Source: a virus. From it: a stretch of DNA of 64,000 nucleotides. The stretch covers positions 1 through 64,000 of the IMG/VR virus record IMGVR_UViG_3300013111_000141; one strand, 5' to 3'. Below the pieces are notes generated by a model. The model made no database searches. It was not told the DNA's origin and saw nothing but the letters and a program-made list of their open reading frames with translations. This document shows, piece after piece, positions 9,058 through 19,259 of the stretch (positions are counted from its first letter, which is position 1; each line of letters begins with the position of its first letter). A program made the translations under genes and the position numbers.

Positions 9058-9318
9058 TTATTTAGTAGTATTTTTCCAAACTAATTGACTAAAAACAGTA
9101 ACATTGTCTTTTTTAACACGGAGGGTTAATGGTAAAAATGGGTCAGCAACCATGTAATATGTAATCTTTACCCATAACCATTTTAAATCTAATTTCTCAT
9201 TCTTATTCCACTCATTACGAATCGCAATAAGTTTCTCTTTAACAATTTGGGCTTCTGGTATAGAATTATAGGTCATTACAACCTTTCTTTCAGAAACAAA
9301 CTCAACAACAATACTCAT
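9058..9318 (-). CDS. Hypothetical early protein
   Basis: The track's TTG start is the GGAG SD; the real ATG is at 9318. Confidence 0.6.
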   Translation of the reverse strand: MSIVVEFVSERKVVMTYNSIPEAQIVKEKLIAIRNEWNKNEKLDLKWLWVKITYYMVADPFLPLTLRVKKDNVTVFSQLVWKNTTK

Positions 9319-9422
9319 AATAAACTCCAAAAATTAAACTCAATAACCCCAACTCACAGTAATATTATCTCATACTTTTATATAAATGTCAAGCTTTATT
9401 TTCATTTATTTTCATTTATTTT
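9319..9422 (-). promoter_or_regulatory. Early sigma70 promoter/leader cassette, copy 2
   Basis: Repeated AAATAAATGA UP element, TTGACA-17-GATAAT, conserved leader and SD. Confidence 0.8.
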
Positions 9423-9778
9423 CAAACACCTGTCCATTGTATAACATCAGGCATATTAGTAAGAACATTACCACGTGGAAAGTTACGTGCCGGAGATGTC
9501 CATGATGCAGCTTTAAGGAGATCTCCATAAGCAAACTTCTTATCTTTTTTGGATATCACAATAAATCCCTTTACGGAACCGTTGTGTATCAATTTAACAT
9601 AGTTTCTTCCTATCTTAAATTCGGTGTCAACCTTGTATTCATCATACCAATGCACCCACACCTTGTCTTTATTATGGTCATATTGGACTATTTCTTGTGA
9701 TCTTTGTGCCCAAGTGGCATAATCAGATGCCATCTTATTAAGAACATTCTCAATTACTTCTCTATTCACTTCACTCAT
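9422..9778 (-). CDS. Conserved phage hypothetical early protein
   Basis: GRNYVKL...SV.GF......GDLLKAASW..PA...RGNV is a recurrent phage motif. Confidence 0.65.
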   Translation of the reverse strand: MSEVNREVIENVLNKMASDYATWAQRSQEIVQYDHNKDKVWVHWYDEYKVDTEFKIGRNYVKLIHNGSVKGFIVISKKDKKFAYGDLLKAASWTSPARNFPRGNVLTNMPDVIQWTGV

Positions 9779-9793
9779 AATATACTCCATAAT

Positions 9794-9988
9794 TTAGTAG
9801 TCAAGGGAAGAGTAATAAGCATCTAAAGCATATTCATATAAATTATCATCAAAAATCTCAATTTCCTCTTCCTTCATCTCCCTAACAATATCCTTAGAAA
9901 CCTCTAAATCTAGGTAAATATTATCTTCCTTTTCCAATCTCTCAATAACCCTTTTGATAACAATCAGATCACCTTTATCTATAATCAT
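9794..9988 (-). CDS. Acidic hypothetical early protein
   Basis: ATG after the GGAG SD of the leader cassette. Confidence 0.6.
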   Translation of the reverse strand: MIIDKGDLIVIKRVIERLEKEDNIYLDLEVSKDIVREMKEEEIEIFDDNLYEYALDAYYSSLDY

Positions 9989-10081
9989 AATAAACTCCAA
10001 TAATTAAACTCAATAACCCCAACCACAGTACTATTGTCTCATACTATGGTTATAAAGTCAAGGATTATTTTCATTTATTTT
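9989..10081 (-). promoter_or_regulatory. Early sigma70 promoter/leader cassette, copy 3
   Basis: TTGACT-17-GACAAT with the shared UP element and leader. Confidence 0.8.
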
Positions 10082-10463
10082 AAATTAATTCGTATGGTTT
10101 TTCCCAAGTTCCTATCTGCAAATCAATATAAAATGCAGTATGAAAATAGTCAGTCATAATGTCAGAATCATCAAACCAAGCTTCTCCATTATCTGCATTG
10201 GCAGGTGCAGTCTTAATGATTTCAAGAATTTTATTCAGAACCTTTGCAGGTTTCTTTGACCAATGTTTATCAATAAAGTATTGATTAACTCCTTCATATT
10301 TATCAGTAGGATCACGGAATTCAGAACGAAAGTCAATATCAGACTTCAATATATTAACCGATACGGAATGTTGACGTTTACGAACAGAAAATTTATACTT
10401 TGGGAATTCTTTCTTTAACTCTTTACGAATCTCTCTAACTTCTTCAGCACTTATATATGCCAT
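10080..10463 (-). CDS. LPD29-like (large polyvalent protein-associated domain) protein
   Basis: IRKELKKEFP..KFSVR ... SDIMTDYFH. Confidence 0.65.
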   Translation of the reverse strand: MAYISAEEVREIRKELKKEFPKYKFSVRKRQHSVSVNILKSDIDFRSEFRDPTDKYEGVNQYFIDKHWSKKPAKVLNKILEIIKTAPANADNGEAWFDDSDIMTDYFHTAFYIDLQIGTWEKPYELI

Positions 10464-10487
10464 CTAACTTCTCCAATAATAAAAATA

Positions 10488-10558
10488 AATAACCCCAACT
10501 CACAGTAATATTATCTCATACTTTTATATAAATGTCAAGCTTTATTTTCATTTATTTT
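10488..10558 (-). promoter_or_regulatory. Early sigma70 promoter/leader cassette, copy 4
   Basis: About 70 nt identical to copy 2. Confidence 0.8.
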
Positions 10559-10883
10559 AATACCGTGATGGTTTTTCTGGCCAAAAAACAGTTTCAGTCG
10601 GTTGTCCAGTTGCCAACTCTTCTTCATAAATTTCATTGGGTAAATCTCTCAATTCTTGTCTATACTCCATCCATTCATTTAAATATTCATGAACAGATGA
10701 ATATCTCGCATCAGGATCACGAAATTTAGCATCATCCTTATCTCTAATATGAATCTCATTATCTGTATATGTCTTACCAAGCACCGTATATGGACGTGGT
10801 AATTTAACACTTACATCTACACCAATCCAATCACTTTCTTCCAATAATTCATCACGTATTTTTCTCAATTCAACCATATCCAT
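10557..10883 (-). CDS. Tail-fibre assembly chaperone-like protein
   Basis: RKIRDELLEESDW...WMEYRQELRDLP...WPEKP; start uncertain. Confidence 0.6.
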   Translation of the reverse strand: MDMVELRKIRDELLEESDWIGVDVSVKLPRPYTVLGKTYTDNEIHIRDKDDAKFRDPDARYSSVHEYLNEWMEYRQELRDLPNEIYEEELATGQPTETVFWPEKPSRY

Positions 10884-11006
10884 AGCAACCACCTATTAAC
10901 TTAAAATATTAACTACTAATGCAACTGAAGCACCAATAGACCATAGTGTTAACAATTCATAATCAACAACAACCTCAACTCTACCATCAATCAATCGTAC
11001 CAACAT

Positions 11007-11088
11007 AATATACTCCAAAATTAAACTCAATAACCCCCAACTCACAGTAATATTGTCTCATACTTTTATATAAATGTCAAGGTTTATT
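11007..11088 (-). promoter_or_regulatory. Early sigma70 promoter/leader cassette, copy 5
   Basis: TTGACA-17-GACAAT with the shared leader and GGAG SD. Confidence 0.8.
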
Positions 11089-11349
11089 TGTATATATTTT
11101 ATAAAATATATACAATGCAAAAACAACCATAATAGGAAATAACAATATATAACTAACAGCTTCTAAAAATGTCATTTCTGATACAAATAAAACCAAAATC
11201 TCCCAATTAGTCTTATCAGGCATTATTCTCATTAGGAATTCTGAATATAATACCCCAAAACCCACCATACTATGAAAGGTAATGTGATTATAAAATGGGA
11301 TAAAAATGTAGTCTTATTACACCTTAAAATATATAACATAGGTTTCTTC

Positions 11350-12495
11350 TTATTCATCAACTTTCCTCATAATATAACAAATTTCGTACTTCTCCATTTC
11401 AGTAAGTCCACGTGTGATTTCTAATGGTGGTAGTATCTTTATTTCATCTAATAACTCAAATCGTTCCTTTGCAATACTCATCATATCATCACCCATCATA
11501 TAACCACGTATAAACCTACCCATAACAAAACAAAATAAACCACCAGATTTTAATACTTTATTACACTCATCTACAGTTTTTCGCCAATAACCATCCAACC
11601 AGTTAGAATATGTAGAGTATAAATTAGTAGATTGTTCATCTGAACCACCATACAATTCTAAATCATAATATGGAGGACAAAAGAAAATCTTATCATAATC
11701 ATCATCAACAACCACCGACATATTCTCTGACGATATACAAAATGTCTTTAAATCATGAGGTGGACCAAAAATATCTAATGATGTAACTTCTTCAAAGACA
11801 CCATCAATCGTATCTAATACATCTTTTTGCACATCTACTATATGAATATCTCTATAATTTGTACTATTTGTAGTTGCTAATATAGGCGAACACCAAGAGG
11901 CAGACGGTATTAACATTTTCTGATCTACTGTATCAGAGTATTCATCACATTTAATTAATAAAGACCTATATACAGTTGGACTAAATACTGACATTTGTCC
12001 AGTGACTGTTTTCATCGTTACAACAAAAGTTTCATAATTTCCAATATAACTATCTTTAAAAACAGAAGGTATCGTTATACATGGATCAATTTTTCCTACT
12101 TCCAACGCATTCTTATACACAACCTTTATACTCATCCCATCATATCCCATAGAATCTAGCATACTTGGAAGATTCACATTACGTATAAATCTAACATTAT
12201 TTGAAACTAACTTTATTTCATTTCCCATAATAGGTATAGTATTTACTGGCATTGGTTCAACATAAGACAATCTACGTTGAAAATATAATTTCAAAGGTTC
12301 ATCTGAATGAATGAAATCATAACACCAATCATACCATGATTTTTTTGTTTTTAAAGCAACAACTCGTATATCAGAATCATCAAATTTATCCCATAGTTTT
12401 CCAAGTTGTTCTGTTTTATAAAACTCTTCACGTGATAATGGGTTTATTTCACTTCTGATAATATCAATAAAATCAGATTCATTATATATTTTCAT
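11350..12495 (-). CDS. Divergent DNA amino-methyltransferase-like protein
   Basis: FFCPPYYDLELY...WL..YW...LKSGG.F; motif I region is degenerate (IPSASW). Confidence 0.55.
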   Translation of the reverse strand: MKIYNESDFIDIIRSEINPLSREEFYKTEQLGKLWDKFDDSDIRVVALKTKKSWYDWCYDFIHSDEPLKLYFQRRLSYVEPMPVNTIPIMGNEIKLVSNNVRFIRNVNLPSMLDSMGYDGMSIKVVYKNALEVGKIDPCITIPSVFKDSYIGNYETFVVTMKTVTGQMSVFSPTVYRSLLIKCDEYSDTVDQKMLIPSASWCSPILATTNSTNYRDIHIVDVQKDVLDTIDGVFEEVTSLDIFGPPHDLKTFCISSENMSVVVDDDYDKIFFCPPYYDLELYGGSDEQSTNLYSTYSNWLDGYWRKTVDECNKVLKSGGLFCFVMGRFIRGYMMGDDMMSIAKERFELLDEIKILPPLEITRGLTEMEKYEICYIMRKVDE

Positions 12496-13601
12496 TCCTC
12501 GTAATACTCCATAAGTTCTAATGATTCAGCAACCATTAAATTAGTGATTCTACCATTATGTGTATATATACCATTTGTGAAATTAGTATCCACGTTATCA
12601 AGTCCCATATCAGCCAAAACTGTTATATATGGTAATGTCGCCTTAGTAAGTATGTCAGTCGCACTTTTAGGATATGCACCAGGCATATTAGACACACAAT
12701 AATGAACAACCCCGTGATGCATAAATACAGGGTTTTGATGACTCCTAATCTGTGACGTTTCAATACAACCACCTTGGTCAATAGACACATCAACCACCAC
12801 CGAACCTTTCCTCATACTTTTTACCATATCTTCAGTAACAACAATAGGAGCTTTCTTTCCTGGTATTGAAACTGCACCAATAACCAAATCAGCATCTTTA
12901 ACAGCGGGTTCTAAATTCCATGAAGTAGAACACTTATATACAATAGAAGTATTCATATGACCCCTACCCAAATACTCCCAACGATAATCGGTTTCCAACC
13001 CTAAAATAGTAACATTAGCACCCATCCCATTTGCCATCTCTGCCGCATGTCTACCAACAACACCATCACCAACAACTACCACATTACCAGAATTAACACC
13101 ATTAATTTTTCCTAGTTGGACACCAGACCCATCAAAAAACATTGACTTATCTGTATATTGAAGATAATAACTACCAATAGTAACTGCCATATTACCAGCA
13201 ATAGCAGACATAGGTTCCAGCAACGGTAAATTACCAAAATTATCTGTTATTGATTCATATGCTATGGCAGTAGTATTGGTGGATAACAATTTAAGTGTCA
13301 GTTCTTTATCTACACCCGCAAGATGAAGATAAGTAAATAATATTTGCCCATTAAAATATTTGTATTCTTCCACTTGAGGTTCTTTAACTTTAACCACAAT
13401 ATCCGAATCCCATGCATAAAAGTCATGACATATAACAGCACCAGCTGCTGTGTAATCATCATCCGAATAACCAGAACCAATCCCAGCTTCAAATGTTACA
13501 CATACAGAGTGCCCTCTAGCAACCAATTCACGCACACCATTTGGGGTAATTGCTACCCGATATTCATTATCCTTTATTTCTTTGATTAATCCAATTCTCA
13601 T
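12492..13601 (-). CDS. ald: Alanine dehydrogenase
   Basis: KEIKDNEYRVAITP, KVKEP, FTYLHLA, GDGVVG, DVSIDQGGC, HYCV.NMPGA. Confidence 0.95.
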   Translation of the reverse strand: MRIGLIKEIKDNEYRVAITPNGVRELVARGHSVCVTFEAGIGSGYSDDDYTAAGAVICHDFYAWDSDIVVKVKEPQVEEYKYFNGQILFTYLHLAGVDKELTLKLLSTNTTAIAYESITDNFGNLPLLEPMSAIAGNMAVTIGSYYLQYTDKSMFFDGSGVQLGKINGVNSGNVVVVGDGVVGRHAAEMANGMGANVTILGLETDYRWEYLGRGHMNTSIVYKCSTSWNLEPAVKDADLVIGAVSIPGKKAPIVVTEDMVKSMRKGSVVVDVSIDQGGCIETSQIRSHQNPVFMHHGVVHYCVSNMPGAYPKSATDILTKATLPYITVLADMGLDNVDTNFTNGIYTHNGRITNLMVAESLELMEYYEE

Positions 13602-14205
13602 ATTTAATCCTCACCGACTCGACCTCCATCAATTTCGGAAGAAGGTCATTAATAACACCTATATACAATTCAGATTCAGTAGCACGACAAGCATCACCTA
13701 ACGATTGTACATCGTCATTATCTCTAACTAAAACTAAATTTTGTGACAATATAGGTCCAGAATCATATTCATCAGTAACTATATGTACAGTAACACCTGT
13801 AACCTTATCCTTAGATTCTAATACAGATTTATATATATCGTCACCATACATATTACCATGTTTAGGTAATAATGATGGATGAATATTTAATATTCTATTT
13901 TCATATCCTCTCAATACTATATCACTAACATGTTTCCTATATCCAGATAACACAACCAAATCTGTTTTAAATGAAGATAATTTATTGTATATAGTTTTAT
14001 CTTCATTTAATGGATTCGTTTTACTAGATATTATAGAAATATTAATATCATTATCATGACACCATTGAACTATAGGAGCATTTTTATTATTACATATAAC
14101 AACACCAACTTCAGCTACAATTCTCCATGAATTAATTGCTCCTATAACATCCCTAGCCGCAGTACCACCATCTGACGCCAAAAAACTAATAATTGGAGTC
14201 TTCAT
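13567..14205 (-). CDS. purN: Phosphoribosylglycinamide formyltransferase
   Basis: LNIHPSLLP, TGVTVH, YDSGPIL.Q. Confidence 0.9.
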   Translation of the reverse strand: MKTPIISFLASDGGTAARDVIGAINSWRIVAEVGVVICNNKNAPIVQWCHDNDINISIISSKTNPLNEDKTIYNKLSSFKTDLVVLSGYRKHVSDIVLRGYENRILNIHPSLLPKHGNMYGDDIYKSVLESKDKVTGVTVHIVTDEYDSGPILSQNLVLVRDNDDVQSLGDACRATESELYIGVINDLLPKLMEVESVRIKYENWINQRNKG

Positions 14206-14209
14206 AATA

Positions 14210-16363
14210 TCACCTCAAATCTTTATCAAAATCATCTACCATGATTGCTTCATGTTCTAAAAGTCCATCTAATTCCCCTTTCAAATTAGATTCATATGCC
14301 TTTTCTAAAATGTTTAACGCATCCTTTGTATTAGATGATGTAAAAGTTTTATCTGTCAATCTATACCTTGCATCATGATGCAAGGTCAATCTAGACCTTG
14401 CATCAAATCCCAATGAAGATTTAAAACAATCAGGAACATTAACCACAGACTTCACCATTTTACTATTTAACTCATCTGAAACACCCCTATATCTTCTACC
14501 AAATGGGAATATCAAACGTCTTAATATAAACCCAATGAACTTTGAAGGATAATTATCTAAAATGTCCTCAAACGACTTTTGAATATTATATAATCCAGAT
14601 TCAGCACCCCACGTGGCATATAATATATCATTCTTCTTATCCATATCATCAGTATCTTCGTATCGTTTTAATACAGCAGATGTTATATACAATTCAGAAA
14701 ATGCATCTGCAAACCTACCAGATATCCTTTGTCGTTTCTTAAGATTAGAACCCAACACAGCTATACTTATATCAGATAACAATGCAAAGTTCTTCGATTC
14801 CAATTCAATACGTTTATAATATTTACCAATTTCACATGAAACGTCTTTCGGTTTGGATATAAACATACCACCAGTAATGTTATGATATAATGAACCAAAT
14901 ATATTACCAATAGTATATTTAATATGTCCTATTAACGCCTTATTAAATGCAATTGCATCATTACATTCGGCAGAAGTTACTTCATCTTTTATAAATGGAT
15001 GACACCTTAAAGATCCTTGAGAAAACACAATCAACGATCTCGTTAATATATTCGCACCCTCAACAGTATTAGCAATAGGTTGTGTTATATAATAATTCAA
15101 TAATAAATTATTAGGACCATCAGATATACCCTTACCGGCTAAAATATCCATACCATCAATAACACATTGACGCATCCTTTCAGTACATTGATATTTCAAC
15201 ATAGCAGAAATAACAGAAGGTTTCTCACCATTTACTATTGCCGTAGTGGTTAGATTACACGCAGCCTCTACAACATAACATTGTCCAATTATCCTAGACA
15301 ATGGTTCTTCAATACCTTCCATCTTGGAAATTGGAATTTTAAATTGTTTTCTTATCCTAGAATATGCAGTAGTAACTTTTAATGTATGTTTAATACCAGC
15401 CATAGATAATGATGGTAATGATATTGCCCTACCAGCCGCAAGACATGCCATTAACATTCGCCAACCCTTTCCTACACCATCAATTCCACCTATAACATGA
15501 TTCAATGGTAAAAATACATCTTTACCATAATTTGGTCCATTCATAAATGCTTGTCTAGCGGGATAATGTCTGCGTCCTATACAAACACCCTTAGTATCAG
15601 TTGGAACTAATACTAAACTTATACCACCAATAGGAGGTGAATCATCCGTCTCTTTCAATAACTCATCAGGATCTACAATATGACACGCAACACCAAGTAA
15701 TGTAGATACTGGTCCAAGTGTGATATATCGTTTTTCCCAATTTAATCTAATACCTAATACCCTTTCACCCTCATATTCCCCATATTCAACAACACCATAA
15801 TCTTCCATTGCCGCAGCATCTGAACCAGAATATGGTCCTGTTAATGCAAATGCTGGTATATCCTCACCTGATGCCAATGTAGGTAACCATTTATCTTTTT
15901 GTTCTTGTGTACCGAACTCATAAAGCAATTCACCAGGACCCAAAGAATTTGGAACCATAGTAGTAATTGCTAATGATATACTTCTTGATGCTAAAATTGA
16001 TATGATACACGATTGTGCATATGCTGAAAATTCCAAACCACCATATTCTTTCTTGATATTAAGCGCAAAAAAACCATTATCTTTTAAATAATTCCACACT
16101 TCAACTGGTAAATCTTTATGAGTGATATTAACATCCCAATCCGATACCATTTCACAAACAGTATCAACTTCAGAATTAATAAAATCGTGTTCTTCTTGTG
16201 TTAATTCAGTTTGTTCTGTATTTAATAATATATCCCAATTAGGTCTACCACTAAATAACTCTGATTCCCACCATACTGTGCCAGATTCTAATGCCTCTCT
16301 TTCTGTATCTGATATTTTTGGTAAAATCTTTTGAAATAATTTCATACCATATTCATTCATCAT
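14210..16363 (-). CDS. fadE: Acyl-CoA dehydrogenase FadE (no N-terminal TM anchor)
   Basis: VPNSLGPGELL, FALTGPYSGSDA, WEKRYITL, AAGRAISLP, TVEGANILTRSL, C-terminal DUF1974-type region. Confidence 0.93.
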   Translation of the reverse strand: MMNEYGMKLFQKILPKISDTEREALESGTVWWESELFSGRPNWDILLNTEQTELTQEEHDFINSEVDTVCEMVSDWDVNITHKDLPVEVWNYLKDNGFFALNIKKEYGGLEFSAYAQSCIISILASRSISLAITTMVPNSLGPGELLYEFGTQEQKDKWLPTLASGEDIPAFALTGPYSGSDAAAMEDYGVVEYGEYEGERVLGIRLNWEKRYITLGPVSTLLGVACHIVDPDELLKETDDSPPIGGISLVLVPTDTKGVCIGRRHYPARQAFMNGPNYGKDVFLPLNHVIGGIDGVGKGWRMLMACLAAGRAISLPSLSMAGIKHTLKVTTAYSRIRKQFKIPISKMEGIEEPLSRIIGQCYVVEAACNLTTTAIVNGEKPSVISAMLKYQCTERMRQCVIDGMDILAGKGISDGPNNLLLNYYITQPIANTVEGANILTRSLIVFSQGSLRCHPFIKDEVTSAECNDAIAFNKALIGHIKYTIGNIFGSLYHNITGGMFISKPKDVSCEIGKYYKRIELESKNFALLSDISIAVLGSNLKKRQRISGRFADAFSELYITSAVLKRYEDTDDMDKKNDILYATWGAESGLYNIQKSFEDILDNYPSKFIGFILRRLIFPFGRRYRGVSDELNSKMVKSVVNVPDCFKSSLGFDARSRLTLHHDARYRLTDKTFTSSNTKDALNILEKAYESNLKGELDGLLEHEAIMVDDFDKDLR

Positions 16364-16646
16364 AAATCATACCTCTAAAATAAAATAAAATCTACCACCC
16401 ATACTATTATATATAACATTAATGGTATACCAAATGTCAATACAGACATCCAAACCGACTTAGTAACAGATTTACACAACCCATTACATTGATAATTAAT
16501 CTTTTCCCATATTCTCTCCATCCTTGACTGTACTATTTCGTTCACTTTCTTTCTTCTCCGTTTTTTGTTTATTGTTAAATATGATATCCCAATTATCTCT
16601 ATATTTTTTGTTATTTATTTTAGATTTTATAGAATCTCCTGTTATA

Positions 16647-16898
16647 TCATTCTTCGTTGTCATTTTCTATTTTTCTTTTTAATTTGTCGCGCTTCCGTTT
16701 AAGAGATTTAATCTCTCGTTTTAATTCTTTCACTTCATCCAAATACCCGTTTGCATCATTTATATCACCACATTTAGCCTCCATACGATTACCAATGCTC
16801 TGTAATTCCTCTAGTAATCCCATAACAATTGAAAAGTTTCGTGTTTTATAACAAGATCGCAATTCATCTATCACGGTACAGAAATATCTATTTGTCAT
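16647..16898 (-). CDS. Hypothetical coiled-coil protein
   Basis: G-rich SD; co-oriented. Confidence 0.55.
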   Translation of the reverse strand: MTNRYFCTVIDELRSCYKTRNFSIVMGLLEELQSIGNRMEAKCGDINDANGYLDEVKELKREIKSLKRKRDKLKRKIENDNEE

Positions 16899-16990
16899 AA
16901 TTTCCCCCCCTTTCTTTCAATTTTTTATACTCAATATATCCCCAAAACAGATAGAATACATCCTCATCCATCCAAATTTCTTTTTTCATA

Positions 16991-19180
16991 TTAAGCAACC
17001 ATCCTTGCAAATTCTTGTGCAATTAACTTGTTAGATTTCTTGTTCTTTTGGAACTTTTTAAAATCACGTTTGATTGTATTCATTCTCTTACGATCTGTTG
17101 TAAACAAAGGATCATCATCAGCAACTGTTACAAATTCATCATCTTCTGCCTGTAACCGTTTATCATGAACCACAATGTAACGGTCATAAAACTCATTATC
17201 CGAATCAATTTTATCATGAACAATATATCCTAATTTTGGATTAACCATTTTACGATATGATGTTAAGAAAAAACCAATCACATTATATCGTTTTCGTAAT
17301 GCATCAAACATCGCCTTTTGATATAGTTTAGTTCTTGAATTATATGAATAAATACCACCTACATTCGCCTCAAGTCTACCATAACCTTCAACATCGAAAA
17401 CTACAACCTTTTGATCACCATAACCTAGACTTTTAGTTCTGATATCTTGTGCCTGACCATCAGTTAGGAAAACAACATTCATTTTTTCAGTATTATGTTT
17501 CTTAACAAAATCATCAGCAAGAATTAATGAGTATGCAGCAGTTTCAATTAATGGTGTTCCACCCATTGAAAACAGTTTCTCTTTCATCCAAGCATTACCA
17601 CCTGTCAATGTTTCAGAAGAAAACATAACTCGTTGAGTCATATTGTTCTGTTTACTCGTTGTCCAACTAGAATCAGCAATCTTAATCATTCCTAATGCAT
17701 AATTAGCAATATCATATTTACCATATTCTCCATTTTTACCAAACATATTTCTTTTGCCATTATCTTTCCATTTTTTACCATTAGTAGTAAATGTATATAA
17801 TTCATATGGAATACCAACTCGTTTGGCAAACATAATCAAAATAACAGACTGTTTTACGGTTTCATATAAACGACCCCACATAGAACTAGAGAAATCAACA
17901 TACATCAATAATCCGTGATTCTTAGCATCAGGAAATGACATGATTGACTTGAAAATATGATCATCTAACTTATATTGCCACAATTTATCCACATCAATTG
18001 AACCACTTGTAGACTGTCTTGCCTTTCTTGATTCCATTGCAGATTTACGAAGTTCAAATTGTTGAACCATAGCATTTACTGCGGGTTTAACATCACGAAT
18101 AAACTCTTTATATCTTACATTAATGAACTCATCATGATAAATTTGCATAGCGGGTTGATTATTCTTCATTTCTAAGAATTCAGTATAACTTCTCTCCACC
18201 TCTTCATCAGTATATAAAAACTCATTAACCAATTGTTCCTTTGTGAATTTAAGATATGAAGTACCACTACCCTCATTAATCATCTTATTTTCATTCTTTC
18301 TAAATGCATCGTCAGTAACAGAATGATATGGGTCTTCACCAGTAGTATCACCAGTATCAGAAAGTCCACCACCAGAAGAGGAAGAAATATTATCTTCTTC
18401 AACACTATTATCATAAGAATCATTAGCATTAGCATCAGTATCAGAATAACCAGATTCTAATGAGTCATCACCATCTTCTGAAGCTTCAGTATCACCAACT
18501 TCAGAATTTAAACTTTCAGATAATCCAGAAGAATCTTCTGTCTCATCGGAATCTTCTGAATCACCAGAACCATCACTTGATTGTTGCTGCTGTTGTGGTT
18601 GCTGCTGTTGTGGTTGCTGCTGTTCATCAAGAAACTCCATCAATTCACGTGAAACTCTAACTGTATCATCCCAAGTATCAATTTCAAATACTTTAGCCAT
18701 CATGACAGATTCTTTAAATGAAAACTTAATATCAATAGTTTTTGATAACTTAGCCTTCAAATTCAATCTATCAAGAAATCCCAAAGTATCAACATCAACA
18801 TCTTTAATACCAAAGAAATTATCTGCAACTAAATGACGATATCCTTTTAGGAAATCATTAATTAATCCAGGATAAAATTCACGAACAAGACGTTCAATAC
18901 GAACATCTTCAACAATATTTAAAATAGAATGTGGTATATCTTCAATATCAGGTAATAACTTATTTATACTCTCATCATGACTGAAAATACTAGGTGTATA
19001 TAATGCATGTCCAACCTCATGTCCAATGAACAGAGTGGCAGCATCTTTATATTCTTCTTTCAATAATGGCAATCTAAGAATACGATTAGTAGGGTCAAAT
19101 GAAGCAGTTCTAAAATTACCCTCAATAACTTCTAAATCTTCTCTTGCCATTAATTTGGAAAGTAGTGAAGTGTTTAACAT
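16991..19180 (-). CDS. Metallopeptidase-like + VWA (CobT-like) protein, partner of the MoxR ATPase
   Basis: HEVGH zincin motif, NIVEDVRIE, acidic linker, MIDAS DFSSSM...GGTP...FLTDG. Confidence 0.85.
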   Translation of the reverse strand: MLNTSLLSKLMAREDLEVIEGNFRTASFDPTNRILRLPLLKEEYKDAATLFIGHEVGHALYTPSIFSHDESINKLLPDIEDIPHSILNIVEDVRIERLVREFYPGLINDFLKGYRHLVADNFFGIKDVDVDTLGFLDRLNLKAKLSKTIDIKFSFKESVMMAKVFEIDTWDDTVRVSRELMEFLDEQQQPQQQQPQQQQQSSDGSGDSEDSDETEDSSGLSESLNSEVGDTEASEDGDDSLESGYSDTDANANDSYDNSVEEDNISSSSGGGLSDTGDTTGEDPYHSVTDDAFRKNENKMINEGSGTSYLKFTKEQLVNEFLYTDEEVERSYTEFLEMKNNQPAMQIYHDEFINVRYKEFIRDVKPAVNAMVQQFELRKSAMESRKARQSTSGSIDVDKLWQYKLDDHIFKSIMSFPDAKNHGLLMYVDFSSSMWGRLYETVKQSVILIMFAKRVGIPYELYTFTTNGKKWKDNGKRNMFGKNGEYGKYDIANYALGMIKIADSSWTTSKQNNMTQRVMFSSETLTGGNAWMKEKLFSMGGTPLIETAAYSLILADDFVKKHNTEKMNVVFLTDGQAQDIRTKSLGYGDQKVVVFDVEGYGRLEANVGGIYSYNSRTKLYQKAMFDALRKRYNVIGFFLTSYRKMVNPKLGYIVHDKIDSDNEFYDRYIVVHDKRLQAEDDEFVTVADDDPLFTTDRKRMNTIKRDFKKFQKNKKSNKLIAQEFARMVA
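18581..18623. repeat. 15-bp tandem repeat encoding QQQQP poly-Gln
   Basis: ttgctgctgttgtgg, about 3 copies. Confidence 0.85.
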
Positions 19181-19212
19181 TTAATTTACCTCTTTATTAA
19201 CTTATATAGAGA

Positions 19213-19259
19213 GTATATCATACTTTAACCGATATGTCAAGAACTATTTTCATTTATTT
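19213..19259 (-). promoter_or_regulatory. Early sigma70 promoter of the VWA gene
   Basis: AAATAAATGAAAATA UP element, TTGACA-17-TATACT, AAGTATGA. Confidence 0.8.

Noticed and set aside
9058-10000. Shared N-terminal peptide MEFIM/MEYIM in three ORFs
   Set aside because: Artefact of calling TTG starts within the repeated TTGGAG SD; the real starts are the following ATG
8142-11088. CRISPR array or attC integron-like repeats
   Set aside because: The repeats are 70-100 nt, separated by whole genes, non-palindromic and match sigma70 promoter architecture; no cas or integrase gene is present
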